Assembly: GCA_964016885.1 (NCBI GenBank)
Contig: OZ024745.1
Coordinates: 73,718,001 to 73,782,000, forward strand
Length of the DNA: 64,000 bases
Source: Eledone cirrhosa
Lineage: Eukaryota
Reading direction: 5' to 3'
Shown piece after piece: positions 62,936-64,000 of the stretch. Positions within the stretch are counted from its first letter, which is position 1; each line of letters begins with the position of its first letter. Below the pieces are notes generated by a model, which was not told the origin of the DNA, searched no databases, and saw nothing but the letters and a program-made list of their open reading frames with translations. The position numbers and the translations under genes were made by a program.

Positions 62936-64000
62936 TATTGTTATTTAAACCCCAGGCCATCCTTGATTGAACAGATTTATTATCTAAAGCGTTGAAGCTT
63001 TGACTGTGCAGTCTTCTTTTTAGACAGAGTTTACCTAACATTTCATTGTCTAATATGTATTTTTTCATTATCCGATTAGTTTGTTGGTCTAGGAGAGATA
63101 CAAAGTTAATATATGACTAGAATAACAAAGGTGGGCAGGATTAGGTGACCTTAAAAATTCACAAAATTGAAGCGGAAGAGTGAGTGTCAAATGCAGTTGG
63201 GTTATAAAGCTAGTGTGCATTGGCAGTATGGGAGACAACTGAAGGAAGGAAGCTATCGTGGAGTATGTTGTAAATAATAAAACGAGCTAGGTGTTCGATG
63301 TACGTCTATCTACAACCAATCCTGAAACATAGGGCTGGATCGATACAAGGAATTGTCGTCAGAGTGAAGCTGTGAAGCTTATGCACCCATGGATTACTGA
63401 AGCATATTTTGACAGCAATGGAAGCATAATCAAACTACACCTGAGATCAAACAATGCACGAGAGTAAGCAAAGGAAATCCAAATCCCATGCTTTACATTA
63501 CTGCTAATGACTGGAAGGTGCAGGGGTCTCCGAGGGAAGCGATTGTGTTTCGAAACCATATTAAAATAATGAAGCAAAAATCTTCACTCATCGCATATTT
63601 TGACCTGAAAAAGTCTTTACTATGGACATAACGACCTCTTGTAAAGACAATATGGAGTGAATATATTAAAGAATGTGATTAAAATAGGAAGAACTCAAAG
63701 AGACGTGAGAGGCTTGAGAACGTGTAAGTGGAATGTCACCAGTTCGTAACTAGATCCATGGTGTCCTAACTGGTTGGACGTTGCAGAAATAGCAGATCGT
63801 TGATTTCCAAAATGAAGAGGGAGGCATGGATATGGCAGAGGCAGAGATATGAGAGATAAAGACCAAACACGAAAGTAAAAAATATATCTATAGCAAACAT
63901 TAGTATACAGTATTCGTTGGTTACAACAATATCTGTTTTTCTCCAGCCAAGGACGGCTGGAGAAAAACATCATGTTACGATATGAAGGAAAAGGGTCTGC

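Noticed and set aside
63120-63973. Possible old RTE-type RT remnant (ISSNVKHG, similar to SGVKQG); likewise 36144-36455 (QLLGGEL)
   Set aside because: Single weak motifs only, which cannot be supported without a profile search.

Overview
Repeat-rich eukaryotic DNA, most likely from an octopod cephalopod (inferred from the SINE families and microsatellite load). I found no convincing host protein-coding exon; the window is almost all mobile elements and microsatellites. Main contents: (1) a ~16.4 kb head-to-tail stack of four same-orientation Tx1-clade LINE insertions inside one (TCTA)n microsatellite (2593-18900). The first copy has an intact EN-RT-zinc-finger ORF2. Two diverged copies share a 67-nt GT-AG intron-like segment and two hairpins in the 5'UTR. 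(2) Two Penelope-like elements, one Neptune-like and one Naiad-like. (3) Six type I hammerhead ribozyme motifs with intact cores plus several decayed ones, including two fold-back palindromes with a hammerhead in each arm. (4) An R4/Dong-clade RLE LINE in (CATA)n and two other Dong-like fragments. (5) Non-autonomous Helitrons, RTE, CR1 and mariner fragments, and many tRNA-type SINEs. All calls are from motifs read by eye, with no database searches.
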